In this document: in pieces, positions 42,363 to 52,831 of the stretch
How the letters are laid out: each line of letters opens with the position of its first letter
Position numbering within the stretch: the stretch's first letter is position 1
NCBI GenBank assembly: GCA_032251095.1
Contig: JAVVFB010000001.1
Coordinates: 969-64,968, forward strand
Direction of reading: 5' to 3'
From: Roseovarius sp.
GTDB taxonomy: Bacteria; Pseudomonadota; Alphaproteobacteria; Rhodobacterales; Rhodobacteraceae
DNA: 64,000 nucleotides
Made by a program: the position numbers and the translations under genes
The notes under the pieces: model-generated
The model's database searches: none
The model's input: only the letters and a program-made list of their open reading frames with translations
Told to the model about the DNA's origin: nothing

Positions 42363-42998
42363 ATGAGCCATGACGATTTCGCCTTCGAGCCCGTAAAGGG
42401 CCTGCCTGAAACCCCGCCGGAGGGTGAAAAGATCCTCTGGCAGGGGCGGCCCGATTGGTGGGCGCTGAGTGTGTCATCGCTCAGCCTGCCTTGGGTTTCG
42501 GGATATTTCGCCGTGCTCGCCCTGTGGCGCTTTTTCACGCTGGTGGATCAGGTGGCGCTTGGCACCGCCTTTGCCGCGGCAAGCCCGTTCCTGATCATGG
42601 GGGCGGTGGTCTGTGGCATGCTGATGCTGGTTGGCTATGTGCAGGCCCGCGCCACGGTTTACACGATCACCAACCGCCGCGTGGCAATGCGGATTGGCGC
42701 GGCTCTGACGGTCACGCTTAACCTGCCTTATACGCAGCTGGCGAATGCCGATCTCAAGCCGGGGCGCAATGGCACCGGAACCATCGCGCTTGACCTGATG
42801 GGCGATACGCGCCTGTCCTACCTTGTGTGCTGGCCGCATGTGCGCCCCTGGGTGATGAAGCGCACGCAGCCGGCTTTGCGCTGTATTCCCGAGGCCGCGA
42901 TGGTCGCGGGCCTGCTGGCCGAAGCCGCCGAAACCCGCATTTCGACCCCGCAACTGTCGCGCAGCGCATCCGCCGCAAGCCCGATTGCCGCCGAATAA
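42363..42998 (+). CDS. puhB: photosynthetic complex assembly protein PuhB
   Basis: 211 aa, ...EKILWQGRPDWWAL... bPH-like, follows puhA. Confidence 0.85.
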   Translation: MSHDDFAFEPVKGLPETPPEGEKILWQGRPDWWALSVSSLSLPWVSGYFAVLALWRFFTLVDQVALGTAFAAASPFLIMGAVVCGMLMLVGYVQARATVYTITNRRVAMRIGAALTVTLNLPYTQLANADLKPGRNGTGTIALDLMGDTRLSYLVCWPHVRPWVMKRTQPALRCIPEAAMVAGLLAEAAETRISTPQLSRSASAASPIAAE

Positions 42999-43018
42999 TC
43001 AACCAAGGGAACACGACC

Positions 43019-43489
43019 ATGGCCGACACCGCAGATCACAGCAAACCCCGCATCTATGACGCCGAATTGATCCCGCGCGCCATGACACGCGCGATGCTGG
43101 CGCTTGTTTTCACGGTGCTGGCGCTTGTCAGCTATGCGCGCTTTACCGACCGGCCGCTGGTGTCAACGCCGTCACAGGCCGAAGTGGTTCTGACCCGCCA
43201 TATCTTTCTATCAAGCGAGATGAGCGGGGCCGCGACGGTGCTTGATGCGGACGGCAGTCTGCTGGCGTCCTTGTCGCCCGAAGAAGGCGGCTTTGTTGCA
43301 GGAATAGACCGGGTGATCCTGCGGGAACGCACAAAGCATGGTGTCGCGCTTAGCGGCCCGGTGACCCTTGTGCAGCGGGCCGACAATACCACCTCGATCA
43401 CCGATCCAAGCACCGGCTGGACGGCTGATCTCATGGGGTTCGGGCAAACCAACGCCCTCGCCTTCACGCGCCTTCTGGCCAAGAAATAA
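43019..43489 (+). CDS. puhC: photosynthetic complex assembly protein PuhC
   Basis: ATG 43019 follows AAGGGA. 156 aa with a single N-terminal TM. Assigned by position after puhB. Confidence 0.8.
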   Translation: MADTADHSKPRIYDAELIPRAMTRAMLALVFTVLALVSYARFTDRPLVSTPSQAEVVLTRHIFLSSEMSGAATVLDADGSLLASLSPEEGGFVAGIDRVILRERTKHGVALSGPVTLVQRADNTTSITDPSTGWTADLMGFGQTNALAFTRLLAKK

Positions 43490-43501
43490 AGGATTTTTCG
43501 A

Positions 43502-43798
43502 ATGGGACTTCTGACACGCGACATCGAACATGCGCCCTGCACGGTCGAAATCAGCCATAAATTCGAAAGCCTGCACGCGCATGTGCGCTTTAACAACGGC
43601 GCCACGGTCTATCCCGGCGACAGCGTCAAGGTGCATGGCCCCGAGATCATGGCGCCTTATGGCGAGGTCATCAGCGAAGACCGCGACGCCACCATCATCC
43701 GCGCCAGCGCGCTGGAACGCCTCTGGACCCGCCTGACAGGGGATTTCGAGGTGATGGAACTTTGCGAATTTTCATTCTCCGAGGAGGTCACGCTATGA
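43502..43798 (+). CDS. small conserved PGC protein upstream of acsF (BciE-like candidate)
   Basis: 98 aa with normal codon bias. Its stop overlaps the acsF ATG (ATGA), and GAGGAGG for acsF lies inside its 3' end. Confidence 0.6.
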   Translation: MGLLTRDIEHAPCTVEISHKFESLHAHVRFNNGATVYPGDSVKVHGPEIMAPYGEVISEDRDATIIRASALERLWTRLTGDFEVMELCEFSFSEEVTL

Positions 43799-44919
43799 AT
43801 ATGGCCATCAAGCATTCCGCCGATGCCACCACCGTCGAAGAGGGTCTTGCGATCCAGGAGGCGAACGCCAAATTCGACAGCAAGGCCGCGACCGAGCTGG
43901 CGATGCAGAACACCCTTTTGACGCCGCGGTTCTATACCACCGATTTTGACGAGCTTGACGCGATCGACGTCACCCCGGTGCGCGCCGATTGGGACAAGCT
44001 TATCGCGCAGATGGAAAGCGACCCCAACAAGGGCCATTTCAAAAAGAACGCCGATTGGGACAGGGTCGATTGGGAGGGGATGGAACTCAAGCTCAAGAAA
44101 GAGTTCATTGATTTTCTGGTCTCGTCCTGCACCGCCGAATTTTCGGGCTGCGTTCTTTACAAGGAGATGAAGCGGCGCGGCAACAACAAGGATATCACCC
44201 ACCTCTTTCAGCTGATGGCACGCGACGAGGCGCGCCATGCGGGCTTTATCAATGATGCGCTGCGCGAGGCCGGTGTGGCGGTGAATCTCGGGTTTCTGAC
44301 GCAGCAGAAGAAATACACCTATTTCCGCCCGAAATTCATCTATTACGCCACCTATCTTAGCGAAAAGATCGGCTATGCCCGCTATATCACGATCTTTCGC
44401 CACCTCGAGGCGCATCCCGAGCATCGCTTTCATCCGATCTTCAAATGGTTCGAAGAGTGGTGCAACGACGAGTTCAGTCATGGCGAGGCCTTTGCCCTGT
44501 TGATGAAGACCGACCCGAAACTGACCTCGGGGATCAACGTGTTCTGGATCAAGTTCTTCCTGACGGCGGTTTATGCCACGATGTATGTGCGCGACCATCA
44601 GCGCCCGGCCTTTCATGCCGCGCTTGGGGTCGATCCCGACTGGTATGCGCATGAGGTGTTTACCAAGACTTCGGCCCTGACCAAGCAGATTTTCCCGATC
44701 ACGCTCGATATCGAGCATCCCCGCTGGCAGGCCGGTCTTGTGCGCCTGCAAAGGGCCAATGCCGATCTTGCGGCGGCAAAAAAGCAGACCGGGCTTGGCG
44801 CGACATTGCGCGGGCTTGGCGCGCAGGCCCGTGCGGCGGCGGCTTTTGTCAGCCTGTTCACCATCCCCAAGGTCAAGCATGCCGTGCCTGCCTCGCCCCG
44901 GATGGAGCCGGTCTATTGA
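43795..44919 (+). CDS. acsF: aerobic Mg-protoporphyrin IX monomethyl ester oxidative cyclase
   Basis: Di-iron carboxylate motifs ...MARDEARHAGF... and ...NDEFSHGEAF.... 374 aa. Confidence 0.9.
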   Translation: MNMAIKHSADATTVEEGLAIQEANAKFDSKAATELAMQNTLLTPRFYTTDFDELDAIDVTPVRADWDKLIAQMESDPNKGHFKKNADWDRVDWEGMELKLKKEFIDFLVSSCTAEFSGCVLYKEMKRRGNNKDITHLFQLMARDEARHAGFINDALREAGVAVNLGFLTQQKKYTYFRPKFIYYATYLSEKIGYARYITIFRHLEAHPEHRFHPIFKWFEEWCNDEFSHGEAFALLMKTDPKLTSGINVFWIKFFLTAVYATMYVRDHQRPAFHAALGVDPDWYAHEVFTKTSALTKQIFPITLDIEHPRWQAGLVRLQRANADLAAAKKQTGLGATLRGLGAQARAAAAFVSLFTIPKVKHAVPASPRMEPVY

Positions 44920-44928
44920 GAGGGGTTT

Positions 44929-45002
44929 CGGTGCATAGTGCACCGACCGAAGTGGGGGCCCAGCCCCCCACACCCCCCGGAGTATTTCAGCCAAGAAGAA
45001 GG
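44929..45002 (+). repeat. REP-like repeat copy E in the acsF|puhE spacer
   Basis: Hairpin CGGTGCA-tag-TGCACCG, then GGGGGCCCAGCCCCCC, then ACACCCCCCGGAGTATTTCAGCCAAGAAGAAGG. Confidence 0.8.
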
Positions 45003-45009
45003 ATAAGAC

Positions 45010-45822
45010 GTGCATAGCCCCTGGATCGCAGCCCTCACGGCGCTTTTTCTCTGGTGGTTTTCCACCGGGGCGATCCTTGTGGTGGTGCGTATTGCCGACC
45101 GCTCTGGCGTGGCCGCCCGGCGTTTGGCGGTGATGGCCACGCTGCCGGTGATGGCGCTTGGCATCTGGGAATATGAAACGACGTTGAGCAGCCTCACGAC
45201 CGGGGCGGTCTATGGCGCGTTTCTGTCGGCGCTCGCGATCTGGGGCTGGATCGAACTTGCGTTTCTGACTGGTGCGATTGCCGGGCCGAACACCCATCCC
45301 TGCCCCGAGAACCTGCCGGGGTGGGAAAGGTTCATTCGTGCATGGGGTACGATTGCCTATCACGAGATGCTTTTGGTTGGCGTGTTGATCATGATGTGGC
45401 TTTATGGCCATGGGGCGGCGAATGGCTTTGGCCTCTGGACCTTTACGCTACTGTATTTTGCGCGCATCACTGCAAAACTGAACCTGTTTTTGGGCGTGCC
45501 CAAGATCAACACCGAATTTCTGCCCCACGCGCTGCGCCATCTGGCCAGTCATTTCCGTGTGGGTCCGTTCAGCTGGTTCTTTCCGATCTCGGTTTCGGCG
45601 CTTTCCTTTGCCGTCGCCTGTTGGCTTGAACGGCTTTATTCGGCATCCACCATCGAGGCGGGCGTTGGTTTTGCCCTCTTGGCGGCACTGACCGGGCTGG
45701 CGCTTTTGGAACACTGGTTGATGGTGTTGCCGCTGCCTGATGCGAAACTCTGGCGCTGGATGCTTCCGGCGCCCAAATCTTCAAATGACAAGACAAGACC
45801 GGAGGGACACCATGGATTTTGA
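45010..45822 (+). CDS. puhE: photosynthetic complex assembly protein PuhE
   Basis: GTG 45010; (M)[25 protein letters not shown]...; polytopic, 270 aa. Confidence 0.8.
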   Translation: MHSPWIAALTALFLWWFSTGAILVVVRIADRSGVAARRLAVMATLPVMALGIWEYETTLSSLTTGAVYGAFLSALAIWGWIELAFLTGAIAGPNTHPCPENLPGWERFIRAWGTIAYHEMLLVGVLIMMWLYGHGAANGFGLWTFTLLYFARITAKLNLFLGVPKINTEFLPHALRHLASHFRVGPFSWFFPISVSALSFAVACWLERLYSASTIEAGVGFALLAALTGLALLEHWLMVLPLPDAKLWRWMLPAPKSSNDKTRPEGHHGF

Positions 45823-47026
45823 CGCCATGTTCACGGCGCAACTGGATGCGCTGAAAGAGGAAGGCAACTATCGCATTTTCGCAGAATTGGAGCGGCAATG
45901 CGGCGCTTTTCCACGCGCCAGGAGCCATGACGAGGATGCGCCCGACCAGGTGACGGTCTGGTGCTCGAACGACTATCTCGGGATGGGGCAGCACCCCACC
46001 GTGCGCCAGGCGATGAAAGACGCGGTCGATCGCTGTGGCACTGGTGCAGGGGGGACGCGCAACATTTCCGGCACCGCGCATCACCACCTTGTATTGGAAC
46101 GCGAGCTTGCCGATCTGCATGGCAAGGAAGGCGCGCTTTTGTTCACCTCGGGCTATGTGTCGAACTGGGCGGCCCTGTCGACGCTAGGCGCGCGCCTGCC
46201 GGATGCGGTGATCCTGTCGGATAGCTTGAACCACGCCAGCATGATCGAAGGCATACGCCACAGCCGCGCGAAAAAGGTGATCTGGAACCACAACGATCCC
46301 GAGGATCTTGATCGCAAACTGGCGGCCCTGCCGGCCAATGCCCCCAAGATCGTGGCGTTCGAGAGCGTCTATTCGATGGATGGCGACATCAGCCCGATGG
46401 CCGAGATCGTCGAAGTCGCCGAAAAGCACGGCGCGATGACCTATCTTGACGAGGTGCATGCCGTCGGCCTTTACGGCCCGCGTGGTGGTGGTATCTCGGA
46501 ACAGCTTGGGCTGGCCGACCGGATCACACTGATCGAGGGGACGTTGGGCAAGGCCTATGGCTGTATGGGGGGCTATGTGACCGGATCGGCGGCGATGTGC
46601 GATTTCATCCGCTCGTTTGCCAGCGGGTTCATCTTTACCACCGCCCTGCCGCCCGCCGTGGCCGCCGCCGCCACCGCCAGCATCCGCCACCTCAAGGTAA
46701 GCTCGGACGAGCGGCGCGCGCAACAGGCCCAGGTGGCACAGCTGCGCGCCAAGCTTGATGCCCAGGGCATTCCCCATCTCGACAACCCTAGCCATATCAT
46801 CCCGGTGATGATCAAGGATCCGGTCAAATGCCGGATGCTGGCCGATATCCTGATGCGCGATTACGGGATTTATGTGCAACCGATCAACTATCCCACCGTG
46901 CCCAAGGGCACCGAGCGGCTTCGCTTTACGCCGGGGCCGCTGCATTCGGATGCGGATATCGACCACCTTGTTGCCGCTCTGACTACTCTTTGGAAACAAT
47001 GCGCGATTGCCCACGCGGTCGCCTGA
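45812..47026 (+). CDS. hemA: 5-aminolevulinate synthase
   Basis: ATG 45812 follows GGAGGG. ...[13 protein letters not shown]... and PLP-lysine block [14 protein letters not shown]. 404 aa. Confidence 0.9.
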   Translation: MDFDAMFTAQLDALKEEGNYRIFAELERQCGAFPRARSHDEDAPDQVTVWCSNDYLGMGQHPTVRQAMKDAVDRCGTGAGGTRNISGTAHHHLVLERELADLHGKEGALLFTSGYVSNWAALSTLGARLPDAVILSDSLNHASMIEGIRHSRAKKVIWNHNDPEDLDRKLAALPANAPKIVAFESVYSMDGDISPMAEIVEVAEKHGAMTYLDEVHAVGLYGPRGGGISEQLGLADRITLIEGTLGKAYGCMGGYVTGSAAMCDFIRSFASGFIFTTALPPAVAAAATASIRHLKVSSDERRAQQAQVAQLRAKLDAQGIPHLDNPSHIIPVMIKDPVKCRMLADILMRDYGIYVQPINYPTVPKGTERLRFTPGPLHSDADIDHLVAALTTLWKQCAIAHAVA

Positions 47027-47067
47027 CAAGAGCGTGAGCGGGGCCGTGCGCCCATTGACTTGAGACC

Positions 47068-47103
47068 CGCGTTTGCGCCCTAGTAGAGGGGTACGCAAAC
47101 GCG
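47068..47103. other. 10-bp perfect inverted repeat between hemA and cycA
   Basis: CGCGTTTGCG (47068-77), 16 nt, CGCAAACGCG (47094-103). It ends 10 nt before the cycA ATG. Confidence 0.5.
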
Positions 47104-47113
47104 AGGTTGCCCC

Positions 47114-47560
47114 ATGCCACTCAACCCGACCGCGATTAGCCTTACGCTGGCCTGCGCGCTTGCCTCGGCGCTGTCCCTACCGGCATTCGGGGCGGATATC
47201 GCCCGAGGCAAGGCCATCTTCAAGGATTGCCGGGCCTGTCATTCGGTCATTGACGAGACGGAAACCGTGATCATTCGCGGCGGGCGCACCGGGCCCAACC
47301 TTTATGGCGTGGTCGGCCGACACGCCGGAAGCATGCCGAACTTTTACTATTCAACCTCGATGGTTAGCGCCGGCAAACAGGGGCTGCGCTGGAATGAAGA
47401 GGATTTCGTGATCTATGTGAAGGACGCGACCGCTTTCCTGCGCGCCTATCTTGATGATCCGAACGCGCGCGGCAAGATGGCCTATAAATTGAAGGATAGC
47501 GCCAAGGCGCGCGATGTCTGGGCCTACCTCGAAAGCGTCACAAGCGCAGCCGCCAGATAG
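47114..47560 (+). CDS. cycA: cytochrome c2-like class I c-type cytochrome
   Basis: Signal peptide ...ASALSLPAFGADI, single haem motif CRACH, 148 aa. Confidence 0.8.
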   Translation: MPLNPTAISLTLACALASALSLPAFGADIARGKAIFKDCRACHSVIDETETVIIRGGRTGPNLYGVVGRHAGSMPNFYYSTSMVSAGKQGLRWNEEDFVIYVKDATAFLRAYLDDPNARGKMAYKLKDSAKARDVWAYLESVTSAAAR

Positions 47561-47571
47561 GCGCGCGGGCT

Positions 47572-49500
47572 TCAGAGGATCTGGCGCAGCGGCACTACCT
47601 CGGCGCGCCCTGTCAGGGCATCTTTGATGGTTGTGGCGATATCGCCCGCGCTCATCCCTGCATCGGCATACATTTCCGCCGGGCTTGCCTGCTCGATAAA
47701 GCGATCCGGCAGGCAGATATTGCGCAGCACCAGCCCCTTGTCGAAGGCCCCGCGACGCGCCAACTCGTGCATGACGATGGCGCCAAAGCCGCCCATTGCG
47801 CCTTGTTCGACCGTGATCAAGGCGCGGTGATGCGTGACCAGCTGCATCAAGAGGTCGGTATCAAGCGGCTTGGCAAAGCGGGCATCGGCGATGGTGGCCG
47901 AAATCCCCTCGTTGCCAAGCGCGTCGGCGGCAGCAAGGCATTCGGTCAGATGCGCACCAAAGGACAGGATCGCCACATCCTCGCCCTCGCGAATCACCCT
48001 GCCCTTGCCGATGGGCAAGGCCACGCCCCGCGCCGGCAGGGCCACGCCGCGCCCCGCGCCACGCGGATAGCGAAACGCGATCGGGCCATCGTCATGCGCG
48101 GCGGCCGTGGCCACCATATGCATCAGGTCGGCCTCATCCGCCGCCGCCATCACGGTAAACCCCGGCAGGTTGGCAAGATAGCCGATGTCGAACGCCCCGG
48201 CATGGGTGGCCCCATCGGCCCCCACAAGACCGGCGCGATCAATGGCAAAGCGCACCGGAAGACGCTGAAGCGCGACGTCATGCACCACCTGATCATAGGC
48301 GCGTTGCAGGAAGGTCGAATAGATCGCGCAGAACGGCCTTAGCCCGCTGGCGGCCATGCCGGCGGCAAAGGTCACGCCATGCTGTTCGGCAATGCCGACG
48401 TCAAACACCCGCGCGGGAAACCGCTCGGCCATTTGATCAAGCCCGGTGCCGCCGGGCATCGCCGCGGTGATCGCCACAACCCGTTCGTCGCGCGCGGCCT
48501 CATCGAGCAAAGCCGCACCAAAGACCGAGGTATAAGACGGCGCGCCGCCGCTTGATTTGGCCTGTGTGCCGGTGCCGACGTCAAATTTCGCCACGCCGTG
48601 ATACTTGTCGGCACTGGTCTCGGCGGGGGCATAGCCCTTGCCCTTGACCGTGCAGCAATGGATCAAAACCGGCCCGGTGGCACGGGCACGCGCGGCGCGC
48701 AGAACGCTTAAAAGCTGGCTCATGTCATGGCCATCAATCGGGCCAACATATTGAAATCCAAGCTCTTCAAACACGGTGCCGCTTCCGGTCAGGCCGGTCA
48801 CAAGCTGGCGCGCGCGGCGGGCGCCTTCGCGCATCGGCGCCGGCAAGGCGGCCTCGAACCCTTCGGCCAGCGATGTCATCCGCGCCAGCGGCTCGCTGGC
48901 ATACATCCGGCTCAGGTAGGATGACATCGCGCCGACCGGCGGGGCGATGCTCATTTCATTATCGTTGAGAATGACAAACAGGCGTCGCCCCTCGGAGCCC
49001 GCATTGTTGAGCGCCTCATAGGCCATGCCGGCACTAATCGCGCCATCGCCGATCACGGCAATCGCGTCGCCCGCCGCCTGCCCCATGTCGCGGCCCACGG
49101 CAAAGCCAAGCGCGGCGCTGATCGAGGTCGAACTATGCGCGGCGCCAAACGGATCATGCGCACTTTCGCTGCGTTTGGTAAAGCCGGACAAGCCGCCCTT
49201 TTGGCGCAGGGTGCGGATGCGATCACGCCGCCCGGTCAGGATTTTATGCGGATAACACTGGTGGCCCACATCCCAGATCAGCTTGTCCATCGGCGTGTTG
49301 AACACCGCGTGAATGGCAACGCTCAACTCGACCACCCCAAGGCTTGACCCAAGATGCCCGCCGGTTTCCGACACCGCCGAAATCACCTCCTGGCGCAGCT
49401 CATCGGCCAGATCCGACAACTGATGATCAGGCATCTGGCGCAGATCGGAGGGGCCGGCAACGCGATCCAAAAGCGGTGTCTGGGGTTTGGTATGTGTCAT
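47572..49500 (-). CDS. dxs: 1-deoxy-D-xylulose-5-phosphate synthase
   Basis: [14 protein letters not shown]... from ATG 49500. ...[13 protein letters not shown]... and ...[19 protein letters not shown].... Confidence 0.9.
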   Translation of the reverse strand: MTHTKPQTPLLDRVAGPSDLRQMPDHQLSDLADELRQEVISAVSETGGHLGSSLGVVELSVAIHAVFNTPMDKLIWDVGHQCYPHKILTGRRDRIRTLRQKGGLSGFTKRSESAHDPFGAAHSSTSISAALGFAVGRDMGQAAGDAIAVIGDGAISAGMAYEALNNAGSEGRRLFVILNDNEMSIAPPVGAMSSYLSRMYASEPLARMTSLAEGFEAALPAPMREGARRARQLVTGLTGSGTVFEELGFQYVGPIDGHDMSQLLSVLRAARARATGPVLIHCCTVKGKGYAPAETSADKYHGVAKFDVGTGTQAKSSGGAPSYTSVFGAALLDEAARDERVVAITAAMPGGTGLDQMAERFPARVFDVGIAEQHGVTFAAGMAASGLRPFCAIYSTFLQRAYDQVVHDVALQRLPVRFAIDRAGLVGADGATHAGAFDIGYLANLPGFTVMAAADEADLMHMVATAAAHDDGPIAFRYPRGAGRGVALPARGVALPIGKGRVIREGEDVAILSFGAHLTECLAAADALGNEGISATIADARFAKPLDTDLLMQLVTHHRALITVEQGAMGGFGAIVMHELARRGAFDKGLVLRNICLPDRFIEQASPAEMYADAGMSAGDIATTIKDALTGRAEVVPLRQIL

Positions 49501-49582
49501 CGCGCGGTCCCTTCCGTGGTGCTTTTGCACCGGCCTCGCAACCAAAGAGGGGCGCGCGGACGGCGCTTTTCGTGATATGGCG

Positions 49583-49607
49583 GGGGCGGCGCGATTGCCA
49601 CCGCCCC
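49583..49607 (-). terminator. GC-rich stem-loop 11 nt downstream of the pufC stop
   Basis: Sense RNA GGGGCGGUG-gcaaucg-CGCCGCCCC (9 bp including one G-U). No strong U tract. Confidence 0.45.
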
Positions 49608-49617
49608 ACGCGCAGTC

Positions 49618-50709
49618 TTAGTTGCTGTAATCCGGCGCATCCGTGCTGGCCAATTCGGGCCAGTCGGCAATCACATTGGTGCCTTGCAGCGGTTGCTGAT
49701 AGCCCTTGTGACAGGTCTTGCAGGCCGCCTTGGGCGCATCACCCTGCATCGGGCCAAGCCGGTTTTCCGGAAGCAACCCGCCGGCCGGAACAAGATAATC
49801 GTTGTTCAGCTCCTGAACCATCGAGATGCCAAGCAGCTCGGTGCCCCATTGCGGTGTGACCTGCGATCCATCATAAAACGCGCGGGTGTTGTGGCAAAAG
49901 ACACAGTTCACCCCAAGCGAATTCGAGATGTAGTTCATCAGCGCATAGGTCCGCTCGGCGTGTTGGATGCCGGGATAGCCGTCCTTGCCGGGGATACCGG
50001 CGACGCGGCTTTCAAGATCATGCACCTTGATGCTTTCACCATCGAGCAGGTATTTTTCAAGCGCATCCGAGGGCAGCGACGAATATTGGCTTTGCACGGT
50101 GACCCGGTTTTGATTGGCCGACCAGCCTTCGACGGTTTCGTTGACCGGGCCGATCTTGAACCAGATATCGCTTGGCACCGGCTGACCGCGGTGACAGGTA
50201 TAGCAGGTGACGCCGACCTGTTTGTTGGCGTTCACATGCCCGGCCCAGTTTTCGTTGATGTTCTGGGTCATCGAGATCATCAGGTTCGCGACCGTCGACT
50301 GATAGCTTTCGGGATCTTCAAACAGATCGGGAATGCCGGTCCAGGATCGCATCGCCACAAGCAGGCGGTCATAGTTTTCAACCGTCAGATCGGCAAAGGC
50401 GGGCGGCACGTTTTCGCGTGCCTCCCCTGCGGTCTGCTCTCCGCCCTGCGGCACGATTGGGGCCGAGGTCGAGGCGAAAAACACCTCGATGCCGGGATCA
50501 GGCGCCGCCAGGTCGGCCTTGAACTCTGGCCGCGACATGCCGGTGCCACGTGGCCCCGTCTGCAGGCTCTCGGTGGCCATGGGTTGGCCCCATGTCACCA
50601 GCAGAGCCGCCACAAAGACCGCGCCCCCGACCACACCGACAGCAACGGCAGGCCCATAGATATCCTTGGGGTTTTCGCGGTTCCATTTATCAAACCATTT
50701 CGGAAACAT
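49618..50709 (-). CDS. pufC: reaction-centre-bound cytochrome c subunit (three CxxCH motifs)
   Basis: 363 aa. CYTCH (169-173), CVFCH (269-273), CKTCH (330-334). N-terminal hydrophobic helix without Cys. Follows pufM. Confidence 0.9.
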   Translation of the reverse strand: MFPKWFDKWNRENPKDIYGPAVAVGVVGGAVFVAALLVTWGQPMATESLQTGPRGTGMSRPEFKADLAAPDPGIEVFFASTSAPIVPQGGEQTAGEARENVPPAFADLTVENYDRLLVAMRSWTGIPDLFEDPESYQSTVANLMISMTQNINENWAGHVNANKQVGVTCYTCHRGQPVPSDIWFKIGPVNETVEGWSANQNRVTVQSQYSSLPSDALEKYLLDGESIKVHDLESRVAGIPGKDGYPGIQHAERTYALMNYISNSLGVNCVFCHNTRAFYDGSQVTPQWGTELLGISMVQELNNDYLVPAGGLLPENRLGPMQGDAPKAACKTCHKGYQQPLQGTNVIADWPELASTDAPDYSN

Positions 50710-50712
50710 GGA

Positions 50713-51699
50713 TCATTCCCCCCGACCAATAAAGGATTCATAAGAGCCGTAAGCGTCATAGCCATAAGACCCGTCATAGAGCGGTGCAAAGTTGTGCTCT
50801 TGCGCCCAGATGAACCAGTTGTCGACAACCGTCCCCGTCAGCAAGATCCCGATGCCCCCGGTGATCGGCGTCAGAACGGCGAACCACCAGGCCCAACGGT
50901 GAATACCCTCCATCGTGGCGTTAAAGCCCATGGTCCAGCGCCAGAACAGGGCGGCGCGCTCGGATGCTGTGCCGCGATCGAATATCTGCTCCAGCTCGCG
51001 GTCGCCGCCAAAGCGGGTCACCGCCAGAATGGTCGCGCCATGCATCGCAAACAGCAGGACAGAGCCATAAAGGAACACGATCGAGAAACAGTGGAACGGG
51101 TTGTAGTAGAGGTTACCATAGCGGATGCTGAACGCGGTGGTCCAATCAAGGTGCGGGAAGATGCCATAAGGCACGGCTTCGCTCCACGAGCCCATCAGGA
51201 TCGGGCGAAACAGCCCCAGCACAAGGAACAACCAGATCGCCGAGGCAAAGGCCCAGGCCACGTGCTTGCCCATCTTCTGCTGTTGCGCCAGTTGATATGT
51301 GCGCATCCACCAGGCCATGACCGACACCAAAAGGAAGAACGAGCTGATGATATACCAGCCCCCGTCATTGAGCGGCGGCATCGAAAGCCCGTATTCGGGG
51401 CTGGGCGGCTCAAGCGCGAGCCAGAACAGCTGTCGCAGGAATTCCGGCAAGGACCAGCCGACCTGTGCCAGCATGTTCATGCCGACGATGAAGAACCACA
51501 TCAACCCGCTGGCAAGGCTTACGACGCCCAGCATTCCGAGGTTGACCGGCCCGATCTGGGCATTGCCGATCCAGCCGACGAGGGTGGAAAAGAACGGCTT
51601 GCCTGCACGTTCGGCCATCATCTCGCCGCTGTCGTCCATGCCCCATTCAGGTTTGCCCTGAACCTGCACTTGGGTGAAGATATTTTGATACTCAGCCAT
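50713..51699 (-). CDS. pufM: reaction centre subunit M
   Basis: [15 protein letters not shown]...; 328 aa; ...[20 protein letters not shown]... Confidence 0.95.
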   Translation of the reverse strand: MAEYQNIFTQVQVQGKPEWGMDDSGEMMAERAGKPFFSTLVGWIGNAQIGPVNLGMLGVVSLASGLMWFFIVGMNMLAQVGWSLPEFLRQLFWLALEPPSPEYGLSMPPLNDGGWYIISSFFLLVSVMAWWMRTYQLAQQQKMGKHVAWAFASAIWLFLVLGLFRPILMGSWSEAVPYGIFPHLDWTTAFSIRYGNLYYNPFHCFSIVFLYGSVLLFAMHGATILAVTRFGGDRELEQIFDRGTASERAALFWRWTMGFNATMEGIHRWAWWFAVLTPITGGIGILLTGTVVDNWFIWAQEHNFAPLYDGSYGYDAYGSYESFIGRGE

Positions 51700-51701
51700 G
51701 G

Positions 51702-52541
51702 TTACATCCCCCCTTGGCCAGGCCAGATCGGCAATTCAAGCCACCAGTTCCACCATTCAGGCCAGCCCTTGGTCCAGACCGGGCCGGAGATGATGATACA
51801 GACCGCCGAGAAGAACACGGCGTTGATGGCCAGAAGAAACCCCAGCCGGTGAATCCCCAGCGTGCCCACCGAATATCCGATAAGATCGCGAAAGAACGTA
51901 TCCTCGTGATCCGGCGTCTTGGCCTCTTCGCCCTTTTCAGGGTTGGCCGCCGACAGGATCAGACCACCATGCAGCGCAAGCGCCAGAGTGGTGGTAAAGA
52001 ACAGGGTCACCGCCAACATATGCGCCGGGTTGTAATGGAAATGCAGATAGGCATAGCCGGTGTTGGAAACCCAATCGAGGTGGCTGAATATCCCATAGGG
52101 AAATCCATGCCCCCAGGCGCCCATCAGAAGCGGGCGAAAGATCACCAGCGTGACATAGGCGAGAATGGCAAAGCTGAAGGCAAAGGGCACATGATAGCCC
52201 ATCCCAAGCTTGCGACAGATCTCGACTTCGCGCAGCGCCCAGCTGATGAAGGCGCCGGTGGCGCAGAATGTTATGATCTGCCACAGCCCCCCATCCATCA
52301 GCGGCGCCATGCCCAACCCGTATTTAAGGTCAGGCGGCGCGATATTGATTAGCCATGGGTTGAACGTGCCCTGTTGGGACGCCCCCCAGAAAATAAGGAA
52401 TGTGCCTAGCAGGGCGAAAAATGCTGTCGTGACCCCGAAGAAACCGACATAGAAGGGCCCGACCCAAAAATCGAAAAGATCGCCGCCAACCAGCGTTCCC
52501 CCGCGGACACGGTACTTTCTTTCAAAACTGAGCAAAGCCAT
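51702..52541 (-). CDS. pufL: reaction centre subunit L
   Basis: [36 protein letters not shown] from ATG 52541. Confidence 0.95.
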   Translation of the reverse strand: MALLSFERKYRVRGGTLVGGDLFDFWVGPFYVGFFGVTTAFFALLGTFLIFWGASQQGTFNPWLINIAPPDLKYGLGMAPLMDGGLWQIITFCATGAFISWALREVEICRKLGMGYHVPFAFSFAILAYVTLVIFRPLLMGAWGHGFPYGIFSHLDWVSNTGYAYLHFHYNPAHMLAVTLFFTTTLALALHGGLILSAANPEKGEEAKTPDHEDTFFRDLIGYSVGTLGIHRLGFLLAINAVFFSAVCIIISGPVWTKGWPEWWNWWLELPIWPGQGGM

Positions 52542-52655
52542 CACGTGGTCCCCGCGTTGTCCGGCTGTCCGGTCCACCCTGTCAGCCGATAGTTTCGTTA
52601 AGTAGCTACGGGCGAAACATCCGCCCCGCCCGCAGCGTTTATGTGGGCAGTTGGA

Positions 52656-52817
52656 TCACTGACCGTACTTCGCAGCGGCGATTTCAAACCAGTTGAAACC
52701 GTCGGTGCTCAGAAGCACGAGGTGAATCATTGCTGCCAGCAAGAACAGGAACACGCCCTGCGCCACGAATACGCGGCGGGGGTCGAAGATCAGCCATACT
52801 TTGTAAAACTTAGCCAT
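52656..52817 (-). CDS. pufA: LH1 alpha polypeptide
   Basis: Hand translation: [53 protein letters not shown]. The BChl-ligand His lies in AAMIHL. Confidence 0.9.
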   Translation of the reverse strand: MAKFYKVWLIFDPRRVFVAQGVFLFLLAAMIHLVLLSTDGFNWFEIAAAKYGQ

Positions 52818-52831
52818 TTTCTACCCCTTCC

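Noticed and set aside
42500-42509. GGGATATTTC inside puhB resembling the repeat core
   Set aside because: A 10-nt match only, with no flanking hairpin or AGAAGAA tail, inside a normal coding region.
51828-51840. GGCCAGAAGAAAC inside pufL, identical to the tail of the repeat family
   Set aside because: Only the 13-nt tail matches. There is no GGATATTT block or G/C hairpin next to it. On the coding strand it encodes the conserved RC-L residues GFLLAI. Most likely coincidence.
52542-52655. Expected strong intercistronic hairpin between pufA and pufL (as in Rhodobacter puf mRNA)
   Set aside because: Only short stems (5-6 bp, e.g. CGGGCG...CGCCCG) are visible by eye. I cannot support a defined structure without a folding calculation.
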